NCBI GenBank assembly: GCA_963840455.1
Contig: CAWIYV010000014.1
Location: 32,001-96,000 of the forward strand
Length of the DNA: 64,000 nt
DNA from: Nitrospirota bacterium
GTDB taxonomy: Bacteria > Nitrospirota > UBA9217
Direction: 5' to 3'
The translations under genes were made by a program, and so were the position numbers. Position 1 is the first letter of the stretch; each line of letters opens with the position of its first letter. Under the pieces are notes generated by a model. The model was given only the letters and a program-made list of their open reading frames with translations, searched no databases and had not been told where the DNA came from. Of the stretch, positions 29,313 through 40,699 are shown in pieces.

Positions 29313-32300
29313 GTGAAAAAATTAATATCGATAGCAGGAATGCTCGTAATAGTTTTATGCGCAATATCCGCGTGGGCGGGTCCATTCTCGGCCACGAATC
29401 CAATGACTTCAGCAAGGTTTCTTCACACCGCAACCTTACTCCCGAATGGCAAGGTGCTGATCGTGGGGGGATACAATAACTCTATAACCTTTAATACCGC
29501 CGAAGTATACGATCCCGCAACCGGAACCTTCACAGCCACTGCAGGGAATATGATGTCAGCGAGGCATTATCACACCGCAACCTTACTCCCGAATGGCAAG
29601 GTGCTGATCGTGGGGGGGCGAAACGGGGACATTTGGTTGAATACCGCCGAAGTGTACGACCCACAAACAGGAATCTTCACAACTACAACAGGGATTATGA
29701 CTTCAGTAAGGAATAATCACACAGCAACGCTGCTCCCGAATGGCAAAGTGCTAATCACGGGGGGGTGGGGTGGCAACAGCTTCTTGAATACTGCGGAAGT
29801 ATACGACCCCGCAACAGGAATTTTCACTGCCACGATGGGAATCATGACCTCAGCGAGGGGGAATCACACTGCAACCCTTCTCCCGAATGACAAGGTATTG
29901 ATTGCAGGGGGATACAGCAACACCGATTTAAAGACTGCCGAAGTGTACGACCCTGAAACTGGAACCTTCACAGCCACTGCGGGGAATATGACTTCAGCGC
30001 GGTCTTATCACACAGCGACCCTCCTCCCGAATGGCAAGGTATTGATCGCGGGAGGATGGGGCAACTATTCAGTAAGCACCGCCGAAGTGTACGACCCCAC
30101 AAACGGAATCTTCACAGCCACGGCGGGGAATATGACTTCAGTACGGAATCAGCATTCATCAACCCTGCTTCCCAATGGCAAGGTACTGATAACAGGGGGG
30201 CACAATGGCAGCATCTGGTTGAATACCGCCGAAGTATACGATTCCGTAACTGGAACCTTCACAGTCACTGCGGGGAATATGATATCAGCAAGAGGTTGTC
30301 AAAGCGCAACTCTGCTCCCGAATGGCAAGGTACTGGTCGCTGGTGGGCACGGCAACAGCGTTTACTTGGATACTGCCGAAGTATACGACTATGCCTTCGG
30401 AACTTTCACATCCACGGCAGGGAATATGACTTCAGTAATAGAACCTCGCACCGCAACGCTGCTCCCAAATGGCAAGGTATTAGTAGTAGATGGGGCTGGG
30501 AGGCTTACCGCCGAATTGAACGACCCTTTAACCGGAACCTTCACAGTTACGGGGAATATGGCTTCATATAGGAGGGGAACGTTCACCGCAACGCTCCTCC
30601 CAAATGGCAAGGTGCTGGTCGCGGGGGGAGGCCAAGATTTAGTAGGCGGCGTGAATAGAGCCGATGTGTATGATCCCGTAACAGGAACCTTCACAGCCAC
30701 TGCAGGGAACATGACTGGAGGAAGGGGTACTCACACTGCAACACTTCTCCCGAATGGCAATGTGTTATTAGCGGGGGGGATGGCCAGCGATTGGTTGGCT
30801 ACCGCGGAAGTGTATGACCCCACAACCGGAATCTTCACAGCCACGGGGAAGATGCATTCAGCAAGGGGTGCTCACACCGCAACTCTGCTCCCGAACGGCA
30901 AGGTATTGATTGCCGGCGGGATGTATGGTTCCTATGGCCAAATTAACTTAAATACCGCTGAAGTGTACGACCCTGAAACTGGAACCTTCACTGACACGGG
31001 GAATATGACATCTGAGAGATCTTATTCATCCGCAACGCTGCTCCCGAATGGCAATGTATTGGTTGCAGGTGGGGCAAGAGGCGGAACTGCGGAACTGTAT
31101 GACCCTACCACCGGAATCTTCGCAAGCACAGGGAACATGACTTCAGCAAGATTTCAACATAGTGCAACATTACTTTCGAATGGTAAGGTGTTGATCGCGG
31201 GGGGCGACTATCCCGTTAATACCGCCGAAGTGTACGACCCAGCAACAGGAGTCTTCACAGCCACGACAGAGAATATGACTTCAGCAAGGGGTGCTCACAC
31301 CGCAACCTTACTCCTGAATGGTAAAGTGCTGATCATGGGGGGGAATTTCTCGAATACCGCTGAAGTGTACGACGCTACCCTTGGTTTTTCCGATGCATGG
31401 CGCCCCGTTGTTGATCCTATCTCTTCAGCCATAATAATAGGCAAGTCACTCTCGATCACCGGCAGCGGTTTTACTGGCTATGGAAACTCCGAAGGCTCCA
31501 GCGGAGCGACGAATAATTCTGCCACCAATTTCCCCCTGGCTCAGCTCAGAAGCATTGACAGTGGACAGACGCTCTGGCTCCAGACCGCGCCGGTTGCAAA
31601 TGGTTCTACTGTAACATCAATTACGACAATGCCTGTTGAAAATTTTCCGGCGGGTCCTTCCTTGCTTACAGTGTTTGTCAATGGTATTCCTAGCGTCTCC
31701 AGCTACGTCACAGTTGAAAATATTTCTGAGACCACAGGTGTTTATTCCATCACGGCCAGCTCCAGTACAGGTGGCAGCATCTCGCCGTCGGGGAACTTGA
31801 ATGTCAATGCAGGTGGCACTGCGTCATTCACCATCACCCCAAATCCGGGGTACCAAGTGCTGAGTGTAATCGTTGATGGTGCGAACAAAGGGGCGGTAAA
31901 CAGTTATAGTTTTACGAACGTAGCGGGGAACCACACAATCAGCACCTTTTTCAAGCCGATTACCTATACGATCACGGCAACGGCAGGAGCGAACGGCGCC
32001 ATCAGCTCTCCGGGCGTGAACACAGTGAATCCTGGCAGCAGCAAAAAATTCACGATCACGCCTACTGCCGGGTATCATGTTGCCGATCTGCTAGTTGATG
32101 GAATGTCACAGGGAGCGTTGAGTTCATACACCTTTACGAATGTGACCGCGAATCGTACTATCTCGGCCATATTTGCGGAGAATGCCTGGTTCCTGATCAA
32201 TGCCAGCGCAGGGCTGAACGGTACTATCTCGCCGTCGGGCATGGGATCTGTGCTGGCCGGCACCAACCAGAAATTCACCATTACGCCGGCAACAGGGTAC

Positions 32301-34517
32301 CGTGTGGCTGATGTGAAGGTTGACGGGATATCTGTGGGTGCGCTAACCTCATACACATTCAACAGTGTCCAGACAGCCCATACGATTGGTGCGTCCTTCA
32401 CGCTGAATGTCTATACCATCACAGCCGCAGCAGATGTGAACGGCAGCATCACGCCGTCGGGTACGGTAACGTTGAACCCTGGAGGCAACGGAGCCTTCAC
32501 AATTGCGCCGAATCCAGGGTATCAGATTTCTGGCGTGATCGTGGATGGCGTTCAGAAGGGTGCCATAACCAGTTATTCCTTTACAAACGTCTCAGCGAAC
32601 CACACCATCAACGCCTACTTCAAGGTGATGACCTTTACCATAATGGCAAGCGCTACGACCGGTGGCGGCATCAGCCCGGCGGGCATTCGTATCGTGAACT
32701 ATGGGATCAACCAGACCTATATGATCACCCCGACCGTGGGATACACTACAGTCGACGTCCAGGTCGATGGGGTTTCACAAGGCGCAGTGGCTACGTACAC
32801 TTTCACGAACGTAACGGCGAACCACACGATAGCGGCAACTTTTACAACAAACTCCTCGAACACCATCACAGCCAGCGCGGGGCCGAATGGCACTATATCG
32901 CCAACCGGCTCGGTGTCAGTACTGAGCGGAGCGTACAAGAAGTTCACCTTCACACCGAATGCAGGCTACCGCGTGGCTGATGTGCTCGTAGACGGAGTAT
33001 CGGTGGGCGCCAGGACCTCGTACACGTTCAACAGCGTCACGTCGGATCACACGATCAGCGCGTCCTTCACGCTCGATGTCTATACCATCACTGCGACAGC
33101 GGATGTCAATGGGAGCATCACGCCGTCCGGTACAGTAACAGTGAATAAAGGTGTCAGTCAGACCTTCATGATTACCCCGAGTGCGGGATTCCAGGTGCGT
33201 AGCGTGATTGTCGATGGTGCAAACAACGGCTCCGTGACCACCTACACCTTCACGAACGTCACGGGGAACCATAAAATCGATGTGTTCTTCATGGTGACAC
33301 CATTTAACCCTCATGGCACACTTGATACCACATTCGGCACCGCTGGCAAGGTGACTACGGCAATCGGGACCAACTATGAACTTGCTGCTGCTGTGGCGAT
33401 TCAGACCGACCGCAAGATCGTGACAGTAGGAACTTACAACGGCAGCGGCAACTATGAGTTCGCTCTTGTCAGGTACAATAGCGATGGAAGCCTCGACACT
33501 TCCTTTGGTTCTTCCGGCAAGGTGACCACGTCGATCGGGGACGGTGATGACTTCGCTAATGCAGTGGCGATTCAGACTGACGGCAAGATAGTGGCTGCAG
33601 GGGTCGCTAAGAGCGGTAACCAAAATTCTTTTGCCCTTACCCGATATAACACCGACGGAAGCCTCGATACTTCCTTTGGTTCTTCCGGTAAGGTGACTAC
33701 GGCATTTGGGATCTTTGATGACCACGCTTATTCAGTGGCAATCCAGACTGACGGCAAGATCGTGGCAGCGGGGTATGCAGATATAATTGGCAGCCAAAAT
33801 TCTTTTGCTCTTGCCCGATATAACACAGACGGAAGCCTCGATACCTCCTTTGGTTCGACCGGCAAGGTGACCACGTCGATCGGGGGTGGTTTAGGTTCTG
33901 GTGCGTATGCAATGGCAATCCAGACTGATGGCAAGATCGTGACAGCGGGTTTTGCTAATGACGGCGTCAAAAATTCTTATGCTCTTATCAGATATAACAC
34001 CGACGGAAGCCTTGATACTTCCTTTGGTTCTTCCGGAAATGTGATTACAGCAATCGGGACAAGTTATGATTATGCTAATGCAGTGGCAATCCAGGCTGAC
34101 GGTAAGATCGTAGCAGCAGGGAGTGCAAATAACGGTGCAAGAAATAATTTTGCTCTTGTCCGGTACAATAGCAACGGGAGCCTCGACACTTCCTTTGGTT
34201 CTTCTGGCAAGGTGACTACGACAATCGGGAGTAGTGATGACTTAGCTTTTGCAGTAGCGATTCAGAAAGACAGTAAGATCGTGGCAGCAGGCTATGCTAT
34301 GAACGGCAGCCAAAATTCTATTGCCCTTATACGATATAATACCGACGGAAGCCTCGATACTTCCTTTGGTTCTTCTGGCAAGGTGACTACAGCAATTGGT
34401 ATCAGTAATGATGTGGTTTATGGAGTGGCAATCCAGAGTGATGGTAAGATCGTGGCAGTAGGACAGTCCGACAACGGCAGCAACTTTGATTTTGCCCTTG
34501 CGCGCTACATGCCGTGA
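29313..34517 (+). CDS. Giant secreted protein: 14 Kelch/galactose-oxidase-type repeats, 7 InlB-B-like stalk repeats, 7 delta-60 repeats
   Basis: Signal peptide; HTATLLPNGKVLIAGG x14; YTITA...G.ISP.G...V.VDG...YTF.NV x7; GSLDTSFG...AIQTDGKIV x7; GGAGG before GTG 29313. Confidence 0.9.
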   Translation: MKKLISIAGMLVIVLCAISAWAGPFSATNPMTSARFLHTATLLPNGKVLIVGGYNNSITFNTAEVYDPATGTFTATAGNMMSARHYHTATLLPNGKVLIVGGRNGDIWLNTAEVYDPQTGIFTTTTGIMTSVRNNHTATLLPNGKVLITGGWGGNSFLNTAEVYDPATGIFTATMGIMTSARGNHTATLLPNDKVLIAGGYSNTDLKTAEVYDPETGTFTATAGNMTSARSYHTATLLPNGKVLIAGGWGNYSVSTAEVYDPTNGIFTATAGNMTSVRNQHSSTLLPNGKVLITGGHNGSIWLNTAEVYDSVTGTFTVTAGNMISARGCQSATLLPNGKVLVAGGHGNSVYLDTAEVYDYAFGTFTSTAGNMTSVIEPRTATLLPNGKVLVVDGAGRLTAELNDPLTGTFTVTGNMASYRRGTFTATLLPNGKVLVAGGGQDLVGGVNRADVYDPVTGTFTATAGNMTGGRGTHTATLLPNGNVLLAGGMASDWLATAEVYDPTTGIFTATGKMHSARGAHTATLLPNGKVLIAGGMYGSYGQINLNTAEVYDPETGTFTDTGNMTSERSYSSATLLPNGNVLVAGGARGGTAELYDPTTGIFASTGNMTSARFQHSATLLSNGKVLIAGGDYPVNTAEVYDPATGVFTATTENMTSARGAHTATLLLNGKVLIMGGNFSNTAEVYDATLGFSDAWRPVVDPISSAIIIGKSLSITGSGFTGYGNSEGSSGATNNSATNFPLAQLRSIDSGQTLWLQTAPVANGSTVTSITTMPVENFPAGPSLLTVFVNGIPSVSSYVTVENISETTGVYSITASSSTGGSISPSGNLNVNAGGTASFTITPNPGYQVLSVIVDGANKGAVNSYSFTNVAGNHTISTFFKPITYTITATAGANGAISSPGVNTVNPGSSKKFTITPTAGYHVADLLVDGMSQGALSSYTFTNVTANRTISAIFAENAWFLINASAGLNGTISPSGMGSVLAGTNQKFTITPATGYRVADVKVDGISVGALTSYTFNSVQTAHTIGASFTLNVYTITAAADVNGSITPSGTVTLNPGGNGAFTIAPNPGYQISGVIVDGVQKGAITSYSFTNVSANHTINAYFKVMTFTIMASATTGGGISPAGIRIVNYGINQTYMITPTVGYTTVDVQVDGVSQGAVATYTFTNVTANHTIAATFTTNSSNTITASAGPNGTISPTGSVSVLSGAYKKFTFTPNAGYRVADVLVDGVSVGARTSYTFNSVTSDHTISASFTLDVYTITATADVNGSITPSGTVTVNKGVSQTFMITPSAGFQVRSVIVDGANNGSVTTYTFTNVTGNHKIDVFFMVTPFNPHGTLDTTFGTAGKVTTAIGTNYELAAAVAIQTDRKIVTVGTYNGSGNYEFALVRYNSDGSLDTSFGSSGKVTTSIGDGDDFANAVAIQTDGKIVAAGVAKSGNQNSFALTRYNTDGSLDTSFGSSGKVTTAFGIFDDHAYSVAIQTDGKIVAAGYADIIGSQNSFALARYNTDGSLDTSFGSTGKVTTSIGGGLGSGAYAMAIQTDGKIVTAGFANDGVKNSYALIRYNTDGSLDTSFGSSGNVITAIGTSYDYANAVAIQADGKIVAAGSANNGARNNFALVRYNSNGSLDTSFGSSGKVTTTIGSSDDLAFAVAIQKDSKIVAAGYAMNGSQNSIALIRYNTDGSLDTSFGSSGKVTTAIGISNDVVYGVAIQSDGKIVAVGQSDNGSNFDFALARYMP

Positions 34518-34666
34518 TGGATGGCAGCCATTATGATGGGCAACATGCGTGTAACCAATTGTTCATGTCGTGACGATAGGAAGTTCCAAATAGTGCGATT
34601 CTTTCACAGCTTTGACCTTATCACAAGAGACTTGACGGAAGGTCTTATTTCAGGAGGTAAAGGACA

Positions 34667-37600
34667 ATGGTAAAAAGAACATTATTAATCTCCTTCTTAT
34701 GTTTTTTTGCGTATTCAAACTATGCTTATGCTGCCCCTACCTTGACTGATTCGACGAATTACCGAATCGAACTTCTTGCCACAGATATTGGGGCTGTCGA
34801 TGGCCTTACATTTAATAGTTCAGGTGATTTGTACTTTACAGATTATCAGAATTGGAGGGTTTTAAAAATAACAGCACCTTCGCAACCTGGTACTCATTCT
34901 TATGAGGTAGTGGTTGCTACAGGGATTTCCTATCCCGTAGATCTTACATTTAACCAAGAGGGGAGACTATTTGTCACTTCCGATACCAACAATGTTGTTG
35001 AGGTCCTGCCAAATGGAAGTACTCCTATTTATTCGACAGGATATTCTTACCCTAGCGGCATAACATCGTACGGTAACACCCTCTTTGTTTCAAACAGTGG
35101 TAATGGCACTATATCAAAGATAGACTCCCTAGGTAATAGCTCCCTTTTTATTTCAGGATTAAGCTCACCTTATGGCCCCTATCACGCATCAATCGACGTT
35201 TTGGGGAATCTATATTTTGTCGACCATGGTACAGGAAGGCTCTATTCTTCAGACCAGTCTGGGAATATAACATATCTTAATAATTCGGTATCTCCTTTTG
35301 GTGGGACATTCACAGCGGTTGGCCCTAATGGGGATATTTTCATAAGCGACTGCAACGCAGGAGCTGTGTATAAAATCGACAAATCAGGCAATAAGACGCT
35401 TTTTGCTTCGGGATTTATTGGTAAATCAACTCCGCCTGTTATCGGGCCAACAGGCATTGCATTTGATAGCAATGGGAACATGTATATTGCCGATGGCAGT
35501 AATATTTGGAAAATAACAGCGTCAAATTATGTGCTTCATATCGTTTCAAAAGGATCAGGATCCGGCACAATTAATTATTCGACTGACATCTCTGGAAACG
35601 AGTGTATTGGAGATTGCAGTCAGTCGTTCCCGGATGGCACAGTAATTACACTCAATGCAAATCCCACTCAGGATTCATTATTTGCTGGTTGGCTCGGCTG
35701 TGAATCTTTAACTGCCAAGCAATGCACTCTAACAATGTCTAGTGACACGCAGGTTGTGGCATATTTTTCAAAGCGTCTTAATCCAGGCGAAATTGGATTT
35801 GAGCCAACCCAAAATTTCATGACGACAGAAAGAGATCAGCATGCAACAGTCTTACTTCCTGATGGGAAAGTATTGATTACAGGAGGCCGGCACTGGTTAG
35901 GTGTTGCCGATGGAACACCAGTAAATGCTGCTGAAATTTATGATCCTGTATCTCAGACGTTTTCCCCTGCGTTAGGAAGTATGAATATTGCAAGAAGCGG
36001 TCATAGGGCGATATTATTGTCAAACGGGAAGATATTAATCGTTGGCGGAAGCACTACGTCTGAACTATATGATCCAAATACGGGTTTGTTCTCAGTCTCA
36101 GGTAGTGTTATGGCCACAATACCTTATCGTGAAGCTATAGTTCAACTGAAAAATGGGAAGGTGTTGTTAGTGGGGGGCAGTGACTATTTTGTTCCATCGA
36201 CATCAGTAGATATCTATGATCCTGTCACAGACACGATTAGTTCAGCTCCCAATTCAATGAATATAGCGAGAACTTATCCTGATGCGACATTGCTTTCAGA
36301 TGGAAGAGTTTTAATAACGGGTGGAACAGCTTTAGCAACAACTGGTAGTCGCAATAGTAATATTCTCAAAAGCGCAGAGATATATGATCCAGAGCAAGGA
36401 ACTATCACCTTGTTAAGTTCAACAATGACAGTCCCTAGATATTTTCACAGAGCGACATTGCTCAATGATGGTACTGTATTAATTACTGGAGGTTGGTCTA
36501 AAGATCAAAATGGAATCGACAACATTAATACAGATATCGCGGAGATATTTAATCCGAGCAATAATAACTTTGAGCCTATTTCGAATAAATTAACATCAGC
36601 GAGAGGAACTCATACGAGTACGAGATTGCCCGATGGTAAAGTATTGCTCGCTGGTGGAGCAGGGACGGATTATATGGTAAACAATATTGCTGGTGAAACA
36701 GCTGACATATACGATCCAAGTTCGAAAAGTTTTACTTCAGCTCAAATGAGTTTTACACGCAGTATACATACCGCTACCTTGCTGCCAAACCATACAGTTT
36801 TTATATGCGGAGGATTTTTTTACGTAGCCAACGGATACAATACCAATAGTGCTGAAATTTATTATCCTGCTTACTCGGGCTACCTCATCACGGCCACAGC
36901 AGGTAGCCATGGCAGCATCAATCCGTCAGGGATTCTGAATGCCAATGCAGGCAGCAACGCGTCATTCACGATCACCCCGAATGCAGGATACATGGTGTAC
37001 AGCGTGCTCGTCGATGGTGTCCAGAAGGGCGGCATTACCAGCTACACCTTCCAGAACGTGAAAACGGACCATACAATCGATGCTTATTTTAAGCCGATCA
37101 CCTATACCATCACGGCAACAGCAGACGCGAATGGCGCCATCAGCACCCCGGGAGTGAATACGGTGAATCCCGGGAGCAGTATGACTTTTACGATCACGCC
37201 CACTGCCGGGTATCATGTTGCCGATCTGCTAGTTGATGGAGTGTCGCAGGGAGCGTTGAGTTCATACACCTTTACGAATGTAACGGCGAATCGCACTATC
37301 TCGGCCATATTTGCGGAGAATGCATGGATTATCATCAATGCCAGCACCGGGCCGAACGGCACTATCTCGCCATCGGGCAACGGATCTGTGCTGGGCGGCA
37401 CCAACCAGAAGTTCACCATCACCCCGGCTGCTGGATACCGGGTGGCTAATGTGGTTGTTGACGGCGTATCCAAGGGAGCACTGACCTCGTACACCTTCTA
37501 TAGCGTCCAAGCCACCCATATAATCAGCGCATCCTTTGTGCTTGATGTTTACTCCATCACTGCAACTGCCGATGCTCACGGCAGCATAACGCCGTCGGGG

Positions 37601-39463
37601 ACACTGATGGTGAACAGCAGAGATAGTGCCAACTTTACGATCACTCCGGATACTGGATACCAGGTGCAGAGCGTTATCGTTGACGGTGCGAACAGGGGTA
37701 CCATGACGAGCTATACCTTCAACAACGTGATGGCAGACCACACTATCAATACCTATTTTAAGCCTATCACATACACCGTTGCGGCCACAGCAGGAAGCGG
37801 AGGCAAGATCAGCCCGCCGGGCACCAGCACGTTTAATGTTGCCGCCAGCCAGATCTACAGCATCACACCCACTGCCGGGTACCACGTAGCCGACGTGACA
37901 GTTGACGGCGCATCCCAAGGTGCGGTGACGAGCTATACGTTCACGGACATACGGGCAAACCATACTATCTCGGCCACCTTCGCGGCGAATAACGGATACA
38001 CCATCACTGCAAGTGCCAGCGGGAACGGCGCAATCTCACCGTCGGGCAGCGTACCAGTCCTCGCTGGAGCCAACCAGAAGTTCACCTTCACACCGGCAGC
38101 AGGGTGTCGGATCTCTGATGTGACTGTTGACGGAGCATCGGTGGGTGTGCGGACCTCATACACCTTCTATAGCGTCCAGGCGGTACATACGATAACGGTC
38201 ACCTTCGTGCTTGACGTATATACCATCACTGCTGCAGCGGACGTCAATGGGAGAATATCACCGGCGGGCACGATCAAGGTAAATAAGAACGGGAGCCAGA
38301 CCTTCACGATTACTCCGAATGCGGGCTATCAGGTGTCGAATGTAATCGTAAACGGATCAGCAAAGGGTGTGATAACGAGCTATACGTTCATGAACGTTAC
38401 GGCGAACTACACCATCAACGCTTACTTCAAGCCGCTTCCAATAAAGCTCATGGGTGGCTCGGTACAAGGAGTTCAACTTAGTCTTTCAAATGTTGTCACC
38501 ACATTTGCTGGGTCGGCTGGTCTAGGAGGCTCAGCAGACGGCACAGGATCTGCCGCAAGGTTCAACTATCCCTACGGATTAACCGCAGATGGAATAAACC
38601 TCTACGTTGCGGATACGGGCAGCAGTACCATCCGCAAGATTGTTATCTCCACCGGTGAGGTTACAACCCTGGCAGGTTTAGCCGGAATAGAAGGCTCAAC
38701 AGACGGTATCGGATCTTCCGCAAGGTTCGGTGAACCTTGGGGTCTTACCACGGATGGAACGAATCTCTATGTAGCGGATACGCTCAATCAGTCAATCCGC
38801 AAGGTAGTGATTTCCACAGGCGAGGTTACTACGTTGGCAGGTTCAGCAATAGGACCGGGCTGCTCCAATGGCATAGGATCCGCAGCAAGGTTCTATAATC
38901 CTGGATCACTAACCACGGATGGAACAAGCGTCTATGTAATGGATATGTGTGCCAATCTTCGCAAGATCGCAATCTCTACAGGTGAGGTTACTACTCTGGC
39001 AGGTTCATCAAGTCATGGCTATGCTGATGGCATAGGGACCGCCGCAAGTTTTAGTGGTGGTAGTGTAACCACAGATGGAACGAACATCTACGTGTCGGAA
39101 AATGAGAACAATACCATCCGCAAGGTAGTGATTTCCACAGCCGAGGTTACCACCCTGGCAGGTTCCGCTGGCGTAGCAGGCTCAACTGATGGCATAGGAT
39201 CCGCTGCAAGGTTTAATGGTCCTTGGAATATTACTACGGACGGCACGAACCTATATGTCTCGGACATGTTAAATCAGACAGTTCGCAAGATCGTGATTTC
39301 CACCGGAGCGGTTACCACCCTGGCTGGTTCTGTAGGGATCGTGGGATCAAGCGATGGCACGGGACCTACAGCACTGTTTAATTATCCTTGGTCTATTACG
39401 ACGGATGGGCACAGTCTGTATTTGACAGATGGCCACAATCATACTGTACGAAAAATTCAGTAG
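34667..39463 (+). CDS. Giant secreted protein: NHL-like propeller, 7 Kelch repeats, 7 stalk repeats, C-terminal NHL-like propeller
   Basis: Signal peptide; repeat motifs visible in the translation (TTLAGS...ARFN.P...TTDGTNLYVAD). Confidence 0.9.
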   Translation: MVKRTLLISFLCFFAYSNYAYAAPTLTDSTNYRIELLATDIGAVDGLTFNSSGDLYFTDYQNWRVLKITAPSQPGTHSYEVVVATGISYPVDLTFNQEGRLFVTSDTNNVVEVLPNGSTPIYSTGYSYPSGITSYGNTLFVSNSGNGTISKIDSLGNSSLFISGLSSPYGPYHASIDVLGNLYFVDHGTGRLYSSDQSGNITYLNNSVSPFGGTFTAVGPNGDIFISDCNAGAVYKIDKSGNKTLFASGFIGKSTPPVIGPTGIAFDSNGNMYIADGSNIWKITASNYVLHIVSKGSGSGTINYSTDISGNECIGDCSQSFPDGTVITLNANPTQDSLFAGWLGCESLTAKQCTLTMSSDTQVVAYFSKRLNPGEIGFEPTQNFMTTERDQHATVLLPDGKVLITGGRHWLGVADGTPVNAAEIYDPVSQTFSPALGSMNIARSGHRAILLSNGKILIVGGSTTSELYDPNTGLFSVSGSVMATIPYREAIVQLKNGKVLLVGGSDYFVPSTSVDIYDPVTDTISSAPNSMNIARTYPDATLLSDGRVLITGGTALATTGSRNSNILKSAEIYDPEQGTITLLSSTMTVPRYFHRATLLNDGTVLITGGWSKDQNGIDNINTDIAEIFNPSNNNFEPISNKLTSARGTHTSTRLPDGKVLLAGGAGTDYMVNNIAGETADIYDPSSKSFTSAQMSFTRSIHTATLLPNHTVFICGGFFYVANGYNTNSAEIYYPAYSGYLITATAGSHGSINPSGILNANAGSNASFTITPNAGYMVYSVLVDGVQKGGITSYTFQNVKTDHTIDAYFKPITYTITATADANGAISTPGVNTVNPGSSMTFTITPTAGYHVADLLVDGVSQGALSSYTFTNVTANRTISAIFAENAWIIINASTGPNGTISPSGNGSVLGGTNQKFTITPAAGYRVANVVVDGVSKGALTSYTFYSVQATHIISASFVLDVYSITATADAHGSITPSGTLMVNSRDSANFTITPDTGYQVQSVIVDGANRGTMTSYTFNNVMADHTINTYFKPITYTVAATAGSGGKISPPGTSTFNVAASQIYSITPTAGYHVADVTVDGASQGAVTSYTFTDIRANHTISATFAANNGYTITASASGNGAISPSGSVPVLAGANQKFTFTPAAGCRISDVTVDGASVGVRTSYTFYSVQAVHTITVTFVLDVYTITAAADVNGRISPAGTIKVNKNGSQTFTITPNAGYQVSNVIVNGSAKGVITSYTFMNVTANYTINAYFKPLPIKLMGGSVQGVQLSLSNVVTTFAGSAGLGGSADGTGSAARFNYPYGLTADGINLYVADTGSSTIRKIVISTGEVTTLAGLAGIEGSTDGIGSSARFGEPWGLTTDGTNLYVADTLNQSIRKVVISTGEVTTLAGSAIGPGCSNGIGSAARFYNPGSLTTDGTSVYVMDMCANLRKIAISTGEVTTLAGSSSHGYADGIGTAASFSGGSVTTDGTNIYVSENENNTIRKVVISTAEVTTLAGSAGVAGSTDGIGSAARFNGPWNITTDGTNLYVSDMLNQTVRKIVISTGAVTTLAGSVGIVGSSDGTGPTALFNYPWSITTDGHSLYLTDGHNHTVRKIQ

Positions 39464-39842
39464 TTGGATGATCCGAGTTTAGACAGCGACTTTATGATCT
39501 ACCCCTAGCATTGTGCCAATTGGAGAGTTGTCATTCGATTAGATTTTAAAGTAACCATGAACGGGCAGAAATGACCTTATCTCATCCGAGGTAAGGTCTT
39601 ACTGTTATTTGCGGGAGAGCATGAGAATCGAACAATATAGATAATATTTTGTTATAACGATGTATTAATTCGTTCGGTTTTGCTAGGTACCCCATAAAAT
39701 ACCCCCATCCTTTTGCGCCCACAGCATCACCGGCGGTGCGATCATATAGCATCTTATTAATTCGAAACACTTACAACTTATGTCATGCTTATCGCCAAAA
39801 AAACTGCCAGGGGTGCTAATCTTACAGTGAAAGGAGAAGTTT

Positions 39843-40256
39843 ATGTTAAAGAGAAGTTGGTTAAGTATTTTGGGTTTATTGCTGTTTGTGATGGCCATCG
39901 TAGCAGGTTGCGGAGGCGGCGGAGGAGGTTCCTCGTCACCACCGGCGAATATAGGTGGTACATGGAGCGGCTCATGGTCAAGTAGCATAGTTGCTCAATC
40001 TGGCAGCGTTGCTGCGACTGTTTCACAGTCTGGCACCACTTTCTCTGGCAACATATCAATAGGCAACTCTCCTTGTTTTTCAAATGGTACTATCACCGGC
40101 GGCACCGTTTCAGGTAATAGGGTCAGTTGGAGTGCCACAGGCATAGGCAATTTTAGTGGAACTGTATCTGGGACTTCACTAACCGGGACCTACTCTGTGA
40201 CCCTAGCCGGCATTTGCTTCGGTGATAATGGAAACTTTTCAGTTACTATCCATTAA
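39843..40256 (+). CDS. Gly/Ser-rich lipoprotein
   Basis: Lipobox VAGC followed by GGGGGG; AAGGAG RBS. Confidence 0.8.
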   Translation: MLKRSWLSILGLLLFVMAIVAGCGGGGGGSSSPPANIGGTWSGSWSSSIVAQSGSVAATVSQSGTTFSGNISIGNSPCFSNGTITGGTVSGNRVSWSATGIGNFSGTVSGTSLTGTYSVTLAGICFGDNGNFSVTIH

Positions 40257-40611
40257 TTTGGCTTTTTAATACAACCAGAATCCTTTGTCATCGTCAAATC
40301 TTTGGCATTGCAAAATAGTAGGTGTACTCAGCGGAGGCATTGGGCTTATCCGTACCGAAATTGTGCAGTTCGTGTGTCAGTTACATTGAAAGCGATAATT
40401 AAAGAAAGGGCCTTATCTCATCCGAGGTCAGGCCTTTTCATTTACTTTCTGTGCAAAGTTAATTTCCAATAGTTTCATTGTGTCCATTTTGTGTCCAAAC
40501 TGATGTAATCAGTAGAATCAATGTAATAGATGTAAGATCGTATCTGCCTGAAAATGCAAGAGAGTGGGGGAGCAGGCCTAATGTCAAACCCTTACAAAAG
40601 TGATTTATTCA

Positions 40612-40657
40612 CCCTTTCACGGCGATAACGGGGGTTCGAATCCCCCTGGGGACGCCA
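40612..40657 (+). repeat. Perfect 46-bp tRNA-Glu 3' copy (att core)
   Basis: Identical to the tRNA 3' end; upstream arm-type direct repeat tgtgtcca-ttt-tgtgtcca near 40480-40498. Confidence 0.92.
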
Positions 40658-40699
40658 TTCAAATTCAGGAGTTAGCCAACGGCTAGCTCCTTTCTTCTT

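Noticed and set aside
29400-34500. Diversity-generating retroelement TR/VR pairs among the repeats
   Set aside because: No reverse transcriptase; differences are not visibly adenine-specific; these are ordinary protein repeats
27036-40657. Additional functional tRNA-Glu genes
   Set aside because: The copies lack the 5' half, so they are att cores
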